This document shows, piece after piece, positions 11,651 to 27,750 of a stretch of 64,000 nucleotides of DNA. The notes below the pieces were generated by a model that saw only the letters and a list, made by a program, of their open reading frames with translations, made no database searches and was not told the origin of the DNA. Source of the DNA: Eledone cirrhosa (lineage: Eukaryota); NCBI GenBank assembly GCA_964016885.1, contig OZ024762.1, positions 26,722,001-26,786,000 of the forward strand, written 5' to 3'. The translations under genes were made by a program, and so were the position numbers. How positions within the stretch are numbered: the first letter of the stretch is position 1; every line of letters begins with the position of its first letter.

Positions 11651-11998
11651 TATTTGTTTATTGAAAAAACCAACAAAGATTTAATACAATAGGTCTGTTT
11701 GGGAACAGGTTTTGAATTGACCAATAGAAAGATAGTGAAGGTCAAGATAGTAATATAGTAGTAAAAGAACCTTAATTTATGGGTAGAGGAAGGTAGATTT
11801 CAGTTTTGGATGGAAAGAATATTATGAATGAAAGATTATTTTAGGGATGAGAATAGGTCATATGCTGACCTCAGAAATAATTATATTTCTTCATTGAATA
11901 AAACCAACAAAGATTTAATATAGTAGGTTTGTTTGGGAACAGGTTTTGAATTAACCAATAGAAAGGTAATAATTGGCCAAATGGTAAAATAGTAGTAA
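11631..11998. repeat. Direct repeat of about 135 bp with ~233-bp spacing
   Basis: tcagaaataat..aaaaccaacaaagatttaata..gtttgggaacaggttttgaatt occurs at about 11638 and 11871. Confidence 0.7.
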
Positions 11999-14986
11999 TT
12001 TAAATTTATTTCACGTCAGAGAAGGCAATTTAAAACATAGTGAAATAAAAAACTGAAATCTGCCTTCTTCTACCCCAAAATAAATTTAATATAGAAAGAA
12101 CTAGAAAACTATTGCACAAAACATTCAAAAACTATAACCTTAGTATTACCATGGACAAAAACACTAAAAACGTCAACTTCCTAGATGCCACACTCTACCT
12201 AGACTCAATGATATATGCACCTTTCCACAAACCTAATGAAAAACTCATTTCCGTAGATACCAAGTCTAACCACCCTAGATCTATATTGAACTCTATCTCT
12301 AAGGGAGTATCTAATAGAACCTCTAATCTATCCTATGACGTAAACACATTTAACAATAACTCGCAATATTATAATCAGGCATTAGCTAGATCAGGCCATA
12401 ATACAGGGATAGAGTTCCTACCTACAAAAACACATAGCTACAACATTATTTCACACAACATGTCTATGAGAAAATTTAATAATAGGAATAGCAACCACAC
12501 ACACACTAATAGGGATGGTAACAACAAAAGTAACCCACACCACAGAAATTACCATAGTAGCATTAAAGGAAACAAATCACCAGACATAAAAACAGAAATA
12601 GAAGAAGAAATAATACATTTTTCAACCCTCCTTTCAATCTAAACGTCTCTACTAACCTACCTAGGGCTTTCGCTTTCTTCTCAGATAAAAACTTCCCCTC
12701 CGGCCACAAGTACCATAGCCTTCTAAACAAAAACACTATTAAAATCCCATACTCTACTACGCCTAACTTAGCATACCACATAGCTAGTAGCAATAAAAGA
12801 AAAATTAATTCTTACTTCCAACAAACTAAATCACAACATACGATAAACCTTCAAAATAACATTCAAAATAACATTATAGCAACTAACCCTATTATCAATA
12901 GAAATAATAGTAATAGTACTAGTGTAAACAATAACGCTGCGAATGAAAACCCACATAACCATAACCCTATAGCTAACATCCAGACTTCTACACAGCATAA
13001 TAAGCGGCAGACTAACACCCAGAATAATTGTAACTGTAGCTCAAATAGAACCTGCCCTTTAGATAAAAAAATGCTTAACCAAGGATATCATATACTCATG
13101 TACAGTCACAACTAACAACTCTTCTGAAACCTATATAGGCTCTACTTCTAACTGCTTCAAAACTAGATACAATTTTCACATCCACTCTTTCAAAAAACAC
13201 AGTCTAGCCAACTCCACTTCACTATCTAGCTACATACACTATCTAAAATCTAAAAATAAACTATATACACTTAAATGGGAAGTGGTAGGTAGTGCAACAT
13301 CGTACAAACCACCTAATACATTTTGTAACCTCTGTCTACTAGAGACCCATACTATCATCTTCTCTAACCATAATCTCCTTAATAAGAAAACAGAAGTGTT
13401 CGCATCTTGCCAACACCGCTTCTGACACTCCAAAACTTTAAACCCTATATATAACAATGTCAGACTAGAACCGTCACCACCCCTAGCAATTAGCACCAGT
13501 GGCACACCTTACACCTCATTTCCACACTTATTTATATACTCTAAAGCTAATAGTGGCGACCTTATAGTACCATCTACCCTGGAGATACCCCCATGTACTT
13601 CTAATTCTGATATCTTAGCCGTGGATTACTTAAACTGCATTGCACAAATATATGATTAATATAAACTGTAGACACGTGCTAACATAGTCCTGTGCATGGA
13701 GTGCTACCATGACATAGATTGATGATTAAGTAAATAATTTATTATTAAGTGACTATATATTCTATACGATGAGTACAATGAATTATGCACAGGTGATACA
13801 TGAGTCCGGAGTTTCTGTGTTGCTTGATGACCCGATTAGTGTCTTTTGATGAGAGTACGGGTCCCCGGACCACCCTGGTGATATTTGAATTTACCAGGGA
13901 TTCAGTCATACAATGACTCTTCTTATAGATTGTCCAGGTGTGGCACTCCATATTAGATTGTAATCATCATGATATGAACTCCTTTAGTACTTATTAATAG
14001 ACTCCACTCTAATTTGTAGATAAGAAACCTAATATAATTTATATATGAGTTGGGTGTTTATGTATTGCTTGATGATCAGACTAGTGTCTTTATATGAGAG
14101 GATTGATCTCCAGATCACCCAGAGGATATTCAAATTGGCCAAGGATTCAGACATATAACGACCCAGAGCTTACCGGGAGTCATATATAATAATAGGACCC
14201 TGCCAGGTTCTGCGGGTGGAATACACTTACAAAGAACATTGATTTGGAGGTCTGACTATTCTTATAGAATGTTCAGATATGACACCCCTTAATAGAAGGT
14301 AATCATCCTGATATATACACCTTTAGTACTTCTTAACAGACTACACAGTAACCTATAGATAAGTAACCTAATCTAGAAATTAGTTATAGCATCATATGAT
14401 AGGCACTTATTTGAAACACCATTAGTGTAATTTAGGATAATAAATTTAACTAAGTAAACCAGCTACTTACCTCCCCTTACGCATTAACTCCCCTTGGTCA
14501 CGCACACACTTCCGGAATATAATATCATCACACAAAACTAAACAACATGATCTATTGATTAAGAATCGACAAGATATGGTTTATAACTTGGTTATATACC
14601 GAACCATCGTGGATTATATGATAGACCCGTGGTCTACATATTGCGTCTCATGGATTATGTGAGTGGTGGTGTGCGCGAAGACAGTGGTACTGTTTTGCCT
14701 ACGCTATAATATGTTTTATAATATGTTTGATATTTTTGATATTTTGGTGTTTCTCTACATTCGGGATTGTATACCATACAGGTGTATGCGAAAAAATGAT
14801 TTAGTAATTCAGCCCACATAATACTATCGATTGCCTGCTTCAACTGCCTGATCCTGCAACTAACAATCTGCCGCACTCTAATCCTGTATAAATAAGACAC
14901 GCGTGCATGCTACACGTGAGATTGTTTCATACACTGACTACTCTAAACTTTCATCTCGCTTTATCTTCATAAACTGCCAATGTTTC

Positions 14987-15228
14987 ATTTTTATTTTTAT
15001 TTTTATTTTTATTTTTATTTTTATTTTTATTTTTATTTTTATTTTTATTTTTATTTTTATTTTTATTTTTATTTTTATTTTTATTTTTATTTTTATTTTT
15101 ATTTTTATTTTTATTTTTATTTTTATTTTTATTTTTATTTTTATTTTTATTTTTATTTTTATTTTTATTTTTATTTTTATTTTTATTTTTATTTTTATTT
15201 TTATTTTTATTTTTATTTTTATTTTTAT
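14987..15228. repeat. (ATTTTT)n hexanucleotide microsatellite
   Basis: Perfect run of about 40 units inside the Naiad 3' UTR. Confidence 0.95.
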
Positions 15229-15366
15229 CCTTTAACCTTTATATGTAAATTGCCATGCTATATCATTTTGATGGATGTCATCCCACTCTGGGTCAATATA
15301 TGCATATGTTTTTATATGTCTCTTGTGTTGAAAAGGAGGTCGAGTATGTTATAGATCACTAAATTG

Positions 15367-15415
15367 TTGCTCCGAAGAATTCAAACCTCGGTTTGGAGGA
15401 AACAATTGTAAGCAA
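15367..15415 (+). ncRNA. Type I hammerhead-like motif, CCGAAGA (U4C) core
   Basis: ttgct-CCGAAGA-attcaaacc-tc-ggtttggag-GAAA-caattg-TA-agcaa. Confidence 0.7.
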
Positions 15416-15449
15416 ATAAATGATTTAAACTGAACTTTGATTATTGTAA

Positions 15450-15524
<75 letters not shown>

Positions 15525-15690
15525 TTAGCTTTGTTAGTTCACCACTGGATACAATTGGTCATTGCGTATGGTCAATCTTGGTGTAAAATTGTGGAGAGTA
15601 CTCAACGTAGTGCAGTTCATGCGTATACGGAGTTAATTATAAATAAAATAACAGGAGGCTGGACTGGTTTAAATCATTGAAAGGTTTATT

Positions 15691-15748
15691 ATACTATGAT
15701 CATTTCAATAACCGGATTCCATGTGAATCCGGTGATATCATCAGGTAT
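15691..15748 (-). ncRNA. Type I hammerhead
   Basis: Minus strand: atac-CTGATGA-tatcaccggattc-acatg-gaatccggttatt-GAAA-tgatca-TA-gtat. Confidence 0.82.
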
Positions 15749-15805
15749 TGGAATATATGATTTTTCGGACCAATGGTTTTTTACATATTCCTTTGTTATA
15801 TTCCA

Positions 15806-15863
15806 ATACCTGATGATATCACCGATATCATATGGAACCCGGTCATTGAAATGATCATAGTAT
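15806..15863 (+). ncRNA. Type I hammerhead
   Basis: atac-CTGATGA(15810-15816)-...-GAAA-tgatca-TA-gtat. Confidence 0.78.
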
Positions 15864-15907
15864 AATAAACATTTCAAGGATTTACACCAGTCCAGCCTCC
15901 TGTTGTA

Positions 15908-16023
<116 letters not shown>

Positions 16024-16333
16024 TATATAATATATATTATATATATATTATATATCATATATATATATAAACGGAAAAATGAAACGAAATTTCATTTCTC
16101 ACACTTAGTACGGCTGTTACTTAAATATGAGTATGTACATCTACATACATATATGTATACAGACGTACAGTAGTATGTATATATATACATACATGCACAC
16201 ATATATATATGTACGTATGGATTCACCGAACATTTATTATAATGCTCGGTGTATTTGTAAACAAACATCCCGAATTAAGCCGTACAGTGTCTAGCAACCA
16301 TCGTTGCTCATTTGTTCAACATTGACAACGGAA

Positions 16334-16374
16334 CGCTGTACTAGTTTCAAGCTTATTAGCTATCGTCAGCAACG
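16334..16374 (-). ncRNA. Minimal type I hammerhead
   Basis: Minus strand: cgttg-CTGACGA-tagctaataagctt-GAAA-ctag-TA-cagcg. Confidence 0.88.
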
Positions 16375-16424
16375 TATACCTTCCTGCCAGATGGTTGAAC
16401 GTCTGAAAGTATATACTTTCCTTA

Positions 16425-16511
<87 letters not shown>

Positions 16512-16556
16512 CTATATATATATATATGTATATATTATATATACATAATAATATAT

Positions 16557-16682
16557 ATACTCTTTTACCCTTTTACCTGTTCCAGCCATCCGGCTGAGGC
16601 CATGCTGGGGCACCGCCCTTGTTGCTACACATTTTATCTCCAGCCTGTATTGATTGGCCACTGGTGTGTGACAGAGTTTGTT
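16557..16682 (-). mobile_element. Short 3'-end fragment of a CR1-group LINE
   Basis: Homologous to 19985-20105 (ggcggtgccccagcatggcctcagc...gtaaaagag tail). Confidence 0.7.
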
Positions 16683-16937
16683 GAACGTCTGAAAGTATAT
16701 AATTTCCTTATGCATATTAACGTCTGAGCAGCCTAATGTGCATATCGAGTGAGTTAATCGGCCGGGCGCACCGGAACCGATAAATGGATAAATGAAACCA
16801 AATTTCATTTTTTCCGTTTATCGTTTTCGGTGCGCCCGGCCGATAACTCACTTGATATGCAAATTAGGACTCAGCTGTTAATATGCATAAGGAAAGTATA
16901 TACTTTCAGACGTTCAATTATCTGGCGGGAAGGTATA

Positions 16938-16978
16938 CGTTGCTGACGATAGCTAATAAGCTTGAAACTAGTACAGCG
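16938..16978 (+). ncRNA. Minimal type I hammerhead
   Basis: cgttg-CTGACGA-tagctaataagctt-GAAA-ctag-TA-cagcg. Confidence 0.88.
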
Positions 16979-17415
16979 TTCCGTTGTCAGCGTTGAACAA
17001 ATGAGTAACGATGGTTGCTAGACACTGTACGGCTTAATTCGGGATGTTTGTTTACAAATACACCGAGCATTATAATAAATGTTCGGTGAATCCATACGTA
17101 CATATATATATGTGTGCATGTATGTATATAGATATACATACTACTGTACGTCTGTATACGTATATGTATCTACGTATACATATTTATATATAATATATAG
17201 TATATATATATTATATATAATATATATATATATAATATATATATATAATATGTATATATATAATATCTATTATATATATAATATATATTATATATATATT
17301 ATATATTTTTTTTGATATATATTATGTATATAATATAGATATATTATATATTAAATATAATATATATATATAATATATATATATATATATAATATATATA
17401 TATATAATATATATA

Positions 17416-17466
<51 letters not shown>

Positions 17467-17484
17467 TTAGTTTTAATATAGATG

Positions 17485-17535
17485 AGATTCTACAGGACTA
17501 GAACTGTTTCATTCATTAGAAATCATCAGGAATCT
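17485..17535 (-). ncRNA. Type I hammerhead at the end of a probable PLE remnant (to about 17900)
   Basis: Minus strand: agattc-CTGATGA-tttctaatgaat-GAAA-cag-ttctagtc-ctg-TA-gaatct. Confidence 0.8.
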
Positions 17536-18059
17536 GGGTATCAAAAAATAAATATGGTATTTATAGGTCTCTACAAGTGGTAGGAGAGGGTGGGGAGTGG
17601 GGATGGGTGCAGGTCATTGGTTGATAGAGAAGGGAATTCATTAAAGGCTAATTCTACATAGCTATAGTTAATTTATATTTATTTATGTTTTTAGAGTAAC
17701 AAAGGCAGATAGAAATCTATAAACAAGTTCCGGATGGCATACCATTCCTTGTCAATAAGTTTCTCTTAAGCTAGCAGATGTCTATAAAATCAGTAGGGGG
17801 TCATTCATGCTCGATAGAATTAAAGAAAAGGGAGATTCTTTAAAAGCTAAAGTCATTAAGTTCTGCTAAGTGACAAAGGTCTAGGGAATTCTGCAGACAG
17901 ATTCAAAATACTGAGTGCATATCTTACTATTATCCTCGAACTTCTCCTAAACTAATCAACAATGTGCCAAATCAACAGACACATTCACAAAAAAACAAAA
18001 AAACCCCAAAAAAACCAAAAAAACAGAAAAACAAAAAAAACCACACCTAAAAAAAACCA

Positions 18060-19720
<1,661 letters not shown>

Positions 19721-19724
19721 TATA

Positions 19725-19915
19725 ATTGTTTCTACTTTTGGCACAAGGCCAGCAAATTACCCAGTACATTACTGGTACTTTATTTTATCGACCCCGTAAG
19801 GATGAAAGGCAAAGTTAACCTCGGCGGGATTTGAACTCAGAATGCAAGGGCCGTAACTCTATGAATCAAAGCATAGCGTACGACCCTCTACCGATACTGC
19901 CAATTCACCGCCCTT
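19725..19915 (-). mobile_element. tRNA-derived SINE (Meta-domain-like)
   Basis: Minus strand: A-box-like TGGCAGTATCGG, B-box GAGTTCAAATCC and central GCCTTTCATCCTTACGGGGTCGATAAAATAAAGTACCAG. Confidence 0.85.
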
Positions 19916-19984
19916 ATATATATAATATATATGTAATATTTATTATATATATATATATAATATATAATATATATCATATATATT

Positions 19985-21620
19985 CTCTTTTACTCTTTTA
20001 CCTGTTGCTGTCATCCGACTGAGGCCATGCTTGGGCCCCGCCCTTATTGCTACATATTTTATCTCCAGCTTGTATTGGTTGGCCACTGGTGTAAGAGGGA
20101 GTTTGTTGCTGCTGCCCTTAGGTTTCCTTAGTGCATTGCTGTGGGCTCATCCGGGATCCTGTATAGCAAGGTGTCGAGATGTTTCTTGAAGACATCCACC
20201 TCCACTCCATGCAGATCTCTCAGGTCCCTCGGCAGCTTGTTGAAGAGTTGAGCGCCCTTGAATCCCAGGCTATTGCAATATCTGCTCTTTATTCGACGTC
20301 CTATTCGACGGTTGGTCCAGCTCCCAATGCCAAAGTTTGGTGCTAGTCCGTCCAGGATTTACCTCATGTATATCACTGTCTGGCTTCTGTCCTTTAAGAA
20401 GTCATGCAGCCACTCACCTACTTTTACAGTTATGCCGAGTCCGTGTAGTTTGTGACATATCATACCGTGGTCGACCTTGTCAAAGGCCTTCGCAAAGTCA
20501 AGATATATCACGTCTACACGTGAGCTGTCTAACAATTGTTTCAGTACCCATTCGTAGTGATGTAGCAGCTGTGTAAGCAGCTTCTTCCTGGTCGGAAGGC
20601 ATGCTGCGTGCTAGTCAGGCGGTCATTTTCCTTGAGGAAAGTGATCAGTTTCTTTCTGACGACTTGCTCCATGTCCTTACTGATATGGGAGACTGGCCTA
20701 TAATTTTTGGCCTCCACTCAGCTACCTCCTTTATGGATAGGGCATATTGTGCCTTCTTTCAGCTCCCTGTGTAGTATACTGCTAGAAGACGAGCTTCTGA
20801 AGAGCATCTTCAGTGGAGTTGGTAAGGCCCCCTTACATGTTTTTAAGGGGGGTGCTGGGAATCCATCAGGTCCAGCAGCTGAGTCACTTCTAATTTCATC
20901 TATGGCGTATACCACATCCCCCTCCGTTATGTCTATGTGGTTGATGGTCGCCATTTCTTCATGTAGTATTGTGGCATCAAAGAACTCCTCTGGCTTTGTT
21001 ATTTGCATGTGCCTAAGTGGACATGTACACACTTTTGTACTGTTCGTTCAGTATTTCACATATCTCTTGGGGATTCTTGGTTAATGAACCGTCCGTGTGG
21101 AAGAGTGGCCCAATCTTGCAGTGTACTGAGGCAGTTTCTTTTGCAAATTTAACGAAGGCCTTAGGGTTTGTTTTAATATTTTCTATGGCACTGCTTTCTT
21201 TATTTGCCCTCTCATTTTCATGGGAAAGTTTGAGTGCAATGTCGGTGTCAAGTATTGCACGTTTCAAATAGGATTCCTTCTTGTTTTTGTTTTCTTGTTG
21301 TGCATTCAACTGGTTTGACAGCTTGGTTCTACGTCTCATGAGGATTTCTTTATCTCTGGGAATGAGATTTTGTGTCTGTTTGCCTTTTTCTCCGGTACAA
21401 ACCTTTTGCATATAGTGTGTATCGTTGTCATGAAGTGTTGAAATTGCGTGTTGGTTTCTCGTGTGGCGGTGTTTTCGCTCTATATTTGCTTCCGGATTTC
21501 TCTCTTGATCTTTTGCCAGTTAGCCTTGTAGAAGTTAAGGCTAGATAACGTCCAGGTGCTTCTTGATGGTTGTATCTCTGTTGGTTCTCTCGGACAACAT
21601 ATCATTAGTTCTACTAAGTT
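19985..21620 (-). mobile_element. CR1-group LINE, decayed and internally deleted
   Basis: SAAGPDG, PIHKGGS, NYRP and VDVIYLDFAKAFDKVDHG on minus, then a jump to the C-terminal GAQLFNKLPRDLRD. Ends in a GTAAAAGA-repeat tail. Confidence 0.88.
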
Positions 21621-21639
21621 ATGATCTCTGTGTGAAGGA

Positions 21640-22405
21640 CAGCAGGGATTCCGTCTGTCTCTGTTCTATTGACGTCATTCCAGGGAGGAGGTGGCCATCG
21701 TTTTGCCTTTGACCATCTACAAGATGTGTAATGATAGGTTCTATCGTAGTATAAAAGTTTAACCAAATAGATTGATTTATGTGTGAGGTGGAGCCGAAGT
21801 TTCGAATTTGAACGAAATCGGTTGAAAAATGTGGGAGCTAGAGCCGAAAAGGCGGAAGTTTGAGCGAAAAGGTGGTATTTTCGAATATTTAAGCGGTTGC
21901 CACACCGTTCCTGAACAAAGAATCCAGAATTTAAAGCCACTTTAAGACATGAAATAATCAGATCTAGCGTAGTGTAAAATTTGAACAAAGTAGATGGATT
22001 AATGTGGGAGCTAGAGCCAAAAATTTGAGTCTAAAAGTGGTATTTTTGAATATTTAAGCGGCTGCCACGCCGTCCCTGAAGAACAAATGCAAAATATAAA
22101 GGCATTACTGGATGTGCAATGATGAATTCTATTTTGTTGGTCAATTTGAACGAAACCGGTTGCAAAATGTGGGAGCTAGAGCCATAAATCTTATTTTTTG
22201 ATACCTTAGGTGAACACCTATCGATTTTTATCTGCAGAATGACCCCAGGATGAAACAGAACGATATGCAGATATATAGAAAAAATTTCCCGATGAATACT
22301 CTATGAGCCTCTAAAATTTCATGAAATTCGGTCGTAAGATATAGGCCCTATAGGTAATACGCACACACACACACACACACACACAAACTTAATTTTGTAT
22401 ATATA
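21640..22405 (-). mobile_element. Probable non-autonomous Helitron-like element
   Basis: Three internal repeats (aatgtgggagctagagcc) and a minus-strand start of tatatatacaaaa..(GT)n. Classification is by resemblance only. Confidence 0.4.
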
Positions 22406-22410
22406 CATAT

Positions 22411-22445
<35 letters not shown>

Positions 22446-22711
22446 ATATATAATATATATATATAATATATAATATATATATATATAAATAATATATATG
22501 TGAAGTAATTGAGTCGGAAAAGGTACAGGAAAAAAGAGTGCTCTATGTAGGCTACAGACAGAGCTTATTAGTTATGTAATAAACACCATGTTTTTTATTC
22601 ATTCTAAACGACTGAAAACAGATATAATATCTGCTTTCAAGAAACCACTGGTAAATGAAATAATTATATTATGTTGTTTATTACATAGCTATATAATATA
22701 CATATATATAT

Positions 22712-22791
<80 letters not shown>

Positions 22792-22891
22792 ATGTTTAAC
22801 TATTTAATATATATAAAATATATATATATATATATATATGTTTAACTCTTTAATATATATATAATATATATATATATATAATTTATATTAT

Positions 22892-22998
<107 letters not shown>

Positions 22999-23079
22999 TA
23001 GTGTATATATATAATATATATATAATATATATATGTATATAATATATATATATAATATATATATATAATATATATATAT

Positions 23080-23865
23080 TTATTAAAATAACAGATTAAA
23101 GTTTAAGCAAAGAATTGCTGCTGTCACCCTTAACGGGATCTTCTGAAACTAACAAAGTCAATCTGTGAACGCAGGAGTGAATATTTCAAAAAACGTTGCA
23201 ACCGGAGGAAGACAGGAAGACGACACTTTGGATCGTGGAAACGTTCCCTGGCAAAGAACGGGAAAAAACGAATATAATACGTCATTATTTGGAGCGGTGA
23301 ATAACAATTACACGCAAAGACAGAACCACGTTTATGGTATAAAAGAAGTCGTAGACTAGTGTTCTCTTAGGTGGTTCAAAGAGACGTTCTCTGGCAATGA
23401 AGGAAAAAACGAAGATAATAAGTCATATGTGGAGCGTGGAGAACAATTGCACGCAAAGGCAAAACCACGTAAATGGTATAACTGAAGTCGTAGACTAAAA
23501 TTCTAACTAGGAAACCGAATGATTTTCGGCTTCAGAGTTAAGAATAAAGTAAATAAAATACAGAGGTAATTGAAATTAAATAAATACATGCACGCAACAT
23601 ATACGTACATACACAAGCATACGCGAAAACACTCGCCATAGGTATACAAATACACGTTCGTACACAAAAAAAAAAAAACCGCACGCACATACAGAACCCA
23701 CGCAACGCCTAACCCCGCACGCATACGAATGTATACACATAAAAATATATATAAAAAAAAAAAATATATATATATATATATATATGTGTGTGTCTGCGTG
23801 TATACATATAATCAAATAAACGTATATAAATAAATAAATACGTATATAGAAAGCGCACACACACT
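23080..23865 (-). mobile_element. Non-coding PLE-like repeat, family B (CAGAAGA-core HHR)
   Basis: Homologous to 27840-28430 (+), 29790-30000, 42268-42385 and 23888-23995. Contains an internal ~135-bp duplication. Confidence 0.75.
23100..23150 (-). ncRNA. Hammerhead-like motif, CAGAAGA (U4A) core; GAAA changed to GACA in this copy
   Basis: Minus strand: agttt-CAGAAGA-tccc-gttaa-gggt-GACA-gca-gcaattctt-tgc-TT-aaact. Confidence 0.55.
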
Positions 23866-23887
23866 AATATATATATATATAATATAT

Positions 23888-23995
23888 ATCGCTGCTTTCA
23901 CCCTTAACGGGATCTTCTGAGCTTCAGCAGATACCGTTAAGGGTGAAACCACCGATTCTTTGCTTAAACTTTAATCTGTTATTTTAATAAATAAA
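23888..23995. repeat. Fold-back of the family B hammerhead region
   Basis: tttcacccttaacgggatcttctga / tcagcagataccgttaagggtgaaa, followed by the family B tail. Confidence 0.7.
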
Positions 23996-24043
23996 TAAAT
24001 AAATAAATATATATATATATATATATGTACACACACACACATG

Positions 24044-24125
24044 TACAAAGGTGTCCACAAAAAATGTATGCACAATTCGTCTGCAGATAACTCAATGTAT
24101 TTATATTTCTTGGGGACAGCCTGAA
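24044..24125. mobile_element. Possible Tc1/mariner-type MITE remnant
   Basis: Degenerate TIRs tacaaaggtgtccaca / tggggacagcctgaa. Confidence 0.3.
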
Positions 24126-24235
24126 TGTATAATTATATATATATATATATGATTATAAATATATATACAGACACACATCCAGGCACACACACACTCTCTC
24201 TGTGTCAATCTATCGCTCTCTCTCTATATATATAC

Positions 24236-24347
<112 letters not shown>

Positions 24348-24528
24348 CGTGTGTGTGTGTGTGCGTGTGTGTGTATACATATATCAGTGTGATGCTGAAG
24401 GCAGTTTTACTTAATATATATATATAGCAATAACAATTTGGCTAGCAGCCATGTGACAGTCCATTTGATTTGTATGTTGGATATTATGATATTCCACATC
24501 CAAAGAACTTATGCCATACATCACGGAC

Positions 24529-24617
<89 letters not shown>

Positions 24618-24876
24618 ATGTATGTGTGTGTGTCTGTATGTGTGTGTGTCTGTACGTGTATGTGTGTGTGCGTATGTATGTGTATATATGTGTGTGTGTG
24701 CCTATACGTGTATGCGTGTGTCGGTGTCTGTGTCTGTATGTGTATGTATGTGTGTGTGTCTATATGTATATATGTGTGTGTGTGTTCTTGTATATGTCTA
24801 TTCTTATATATACTATATACATATTTATATATAGATTCATACACACACACACCCATACACACACATATCCGTATAT

Positions 24877-25019
<143 letters not shown>

Positions 25020-25263
25020 TATATACATATATATCACAAGATAGATGTCTCTGTCCATACTATTCCTTGCCATTAAGTCTTGGCTCCCGTTCCAAGAACC
25101 TTTCCTTCATGATATCTCTTATCAAATGTCATCTTACAGATATAATTGTATTACCTAGCGTCTCTCCTCTCTCGCATCATTCATTTCCACGGCTTTCAAT
25201 CTTCTCCTTTTGCAATTTTCCGTCGCCTATACGCATACGTATAAATGTGTGTAAATATGTATT

Positions 25264-25682
<419 letters not shown>

Positions 25683-25722
25683 AATATATATATATATATA
25701 TACATAAATATATATATACATA

Positions 25723-25756
<34 letters not shown>

Positions 25757-26686
25757 CATATATATATATTCATAAATATATACATATATATAAATATATA
25801 TATATATATATATTCCCCGCTCTACCCACACCCTTTCTCAAACACTCACTCATCCCACTAACACCTCTACTAATACACACACACCCCCTCTCCACTCCAA
25901 CTTTCACACCTACCCATCCTCTTCCCCTTACCATTCTACCCTACTGCTGCTATGCCCTCTGTCCACCTCCCCGCACACACAGACACACAACACACACTCA
26001 CCATTTTACCCTACTGCTGCTATGCCCTCTGACCACAGACACACCACACTCCTCCTGCCTTGACCACTTCCTGTTCCGCGCGCACCCCACATCTCCCCTC
26101 TTCCGACCAATCTCTTCACGGATTACACGTATGTCAACCTTGATCCCGGAATCAACCATATCCAAGGATTTTACCAAGCATCCCACCACATCTTCTTATG
26201 GAATCACCTTTGTGACTCACCCACACTCACACCCAAAAATAATTTTTTTCCCACACGCCACCTACACCCACAACATGCTTAAACACCACACACACGTGCG
26301 TACCACCACATATTTACACATTCAGCCTCCGGATTCCTCTCCCCCCACCCCTCTATCCACACACGCACACACACTCCGACCTACACCCACGCCACACACA
26401 CCTCTTCCTGATCATGCAACTCCGTTCTTCCCCCAACGCTTGCTTTCACATACACACACACACACACATACACCTACATACACACACCACCTTCATCCCT
26501 CCCCGCTCGGAAACCCCGTCTCCCTCTCCCCACTCCACCCGCCACCACCTGTTTTACCCCATTTTAATTTTATTTTGATCATGCTTTTATTTTTAATTTC
26601 ATTTGCACCGTTTCCTCTCACCCCTTTTTGCTATATGTCTCTCCACCACTCCCCTACACACCCTTTGAACTCTCTTCCCACACGCT

Positions 26687-26756
26687 TTTCACCTGAAGAA
26701 GGGCTTATGCCCGAAACGTCGTTCCCCACCACCACCCCACTCTCAAGAGCGTGAAA
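26687..26756 (+). ncRNA. Minimal hammerhead motif (Penelope/Poseidon-like pLTR) followed by AATAAA
   Basis: tttcac-CTGAAGA-agggc-ttat-gccc-GAAA-cgtcg-TT. The stem I partner gtgaaa is displaced to 26751-26756. Confidence 0.65.
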
Positions 26757-26935
26757 TTAATAAACATTTGTTGTACTGCCTCTCTGTTTTGTTCCCGTTC
26801 AATTTTTCATTATATATATATATATACATAAATATATATATGTACATAAATATATATATATATACATAAATATTTATATATATACATATATATATATTCT
26901 TAAATATATATATATATATATATTTAAGCAGTAGA

Positions 26936-27110
26936 GATATTCAATTTGTTGGTAATTCAACCAATACAAATGTTTATAACTGATTCAGAGCACTCAACAG
27001 TTTCTGGAGTATAATACACGATGATATTAAATAAATGGAAACTATATTTATAAAACCATATTTATTCTATTATTTATGTTTCAAGGATAATATGCCTTAA
27101 CGGTTCAAGT
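26936..27110 (-). mobile_element. PLE pLTR tail (family of 36240-36395 and 57130-57500)
   Basis: Shared taaatggaaactatatttataaaaccatatttatt and the 3' half of the HHR. Confidence 0.65.
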
Positions 27111-27119
27111 TATCCCTGA

Positions 27120-27750
27120 CGTCACTTTGTCTGCTGACGTCACCCAAGTCCAATGTTGTCGCTGGAAACTGTGTCTGCATGACTCTGGGCACGTCATTGG
27201 ATGAGACAGCGAGCCACCTGTTGTTCTGGGAGTTTATCTTCTGGTCTTGGCAGAAGTTTTTCTCGTCGGAGAAAAATCACAGCATGTCTGGCTCCAGTGG
27301 CTATTTCAACTTGTTGATCAGCTTCTTTGCGTCCTTCAGTCGCTATTCTTGCATCGTCTTTGACAGAAATTGTCCTTTTCTCATCATGTATGAAACATAG
27401 CGAATGTCTTCATGTACCACAAGCCTAATGAGCTTTTCCTCCACGCCTTTCTACCTTGCAATGGCACGCATCGTCTTGCTAGGTTCATTGTTGATGATAT
27501 CCTGAACTTCAGCGACGAACTCGGGCGTTCTGAAGGCGTCAGATCGTCGATCATGTGTTTTCCTCTCTGGTATTGCTTCGTAGTCGAATCCTGAATCTTC
27601 CATTTCCTTTCTGACCTTTTCCACCATTCTCCTGCTGATGCTGAGAAAGTCTAAAATTTCCTTATTTGTCCTCCCGGCGCGGATTCCAAGAAGAACTCCG
27701 TGTCCCTTCCACAAATTTGGAGTTTCAAAATTATTTATAATCAATTATTC
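27120..27750 (-). pseudogene. Tc1/mariner-superfamily transposase remnant (N-terminal HTH to first catalytic D)
   Basis: RAGRTNKEILDFL..RTPEFVAEVQDIINNEPSKTMRAIAR..HEDIRY..FFSDEKNFCQDQKINSQNNRW, with several stops. Confidence 0.85.

Larger units (their letters stand above)
12050..15450 (+). mobile_element. Naiad-type PLE, 5'-truncated, with long 3' UTR and terminal pLTR
   Basis: VNFLDATL..PFHKPN..SNHP (12112-12642), FNPPF, CNCS..CPL, YIGSTSNCFKTRY and CNLCLLE..LLNKKTEVFASCQH (to about 13425), frameshifted. HHR at 15367. Confidence 0.9.
16068..17190. mobile_element. Retrozyme-like family fold-back copy, interrupted by (TA)n and a LINE 3' fragment
   Basis: Minus arm at 16068-16430 and 16680-16810, plus arm at about 16802-17190. 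HHRs at 16334 (-) and 16938 (+). Confidence 0.8.

Noticed and set aside
13423-13425. TGA near the end of the second Naiad ORF as selenocysteine
   Set aside because: It aligns with Arg in the related element, so CGA-to-TGA decay is the simpler explanation.
25990-26754. 207-aa ORF 26131-26754 as a host gene
   Set aside because: It is low-complexity C/A-rich sequence ending in an HHR and AATAAA, more consistent with a decayed PLE 3' end. The family could not be assigned.
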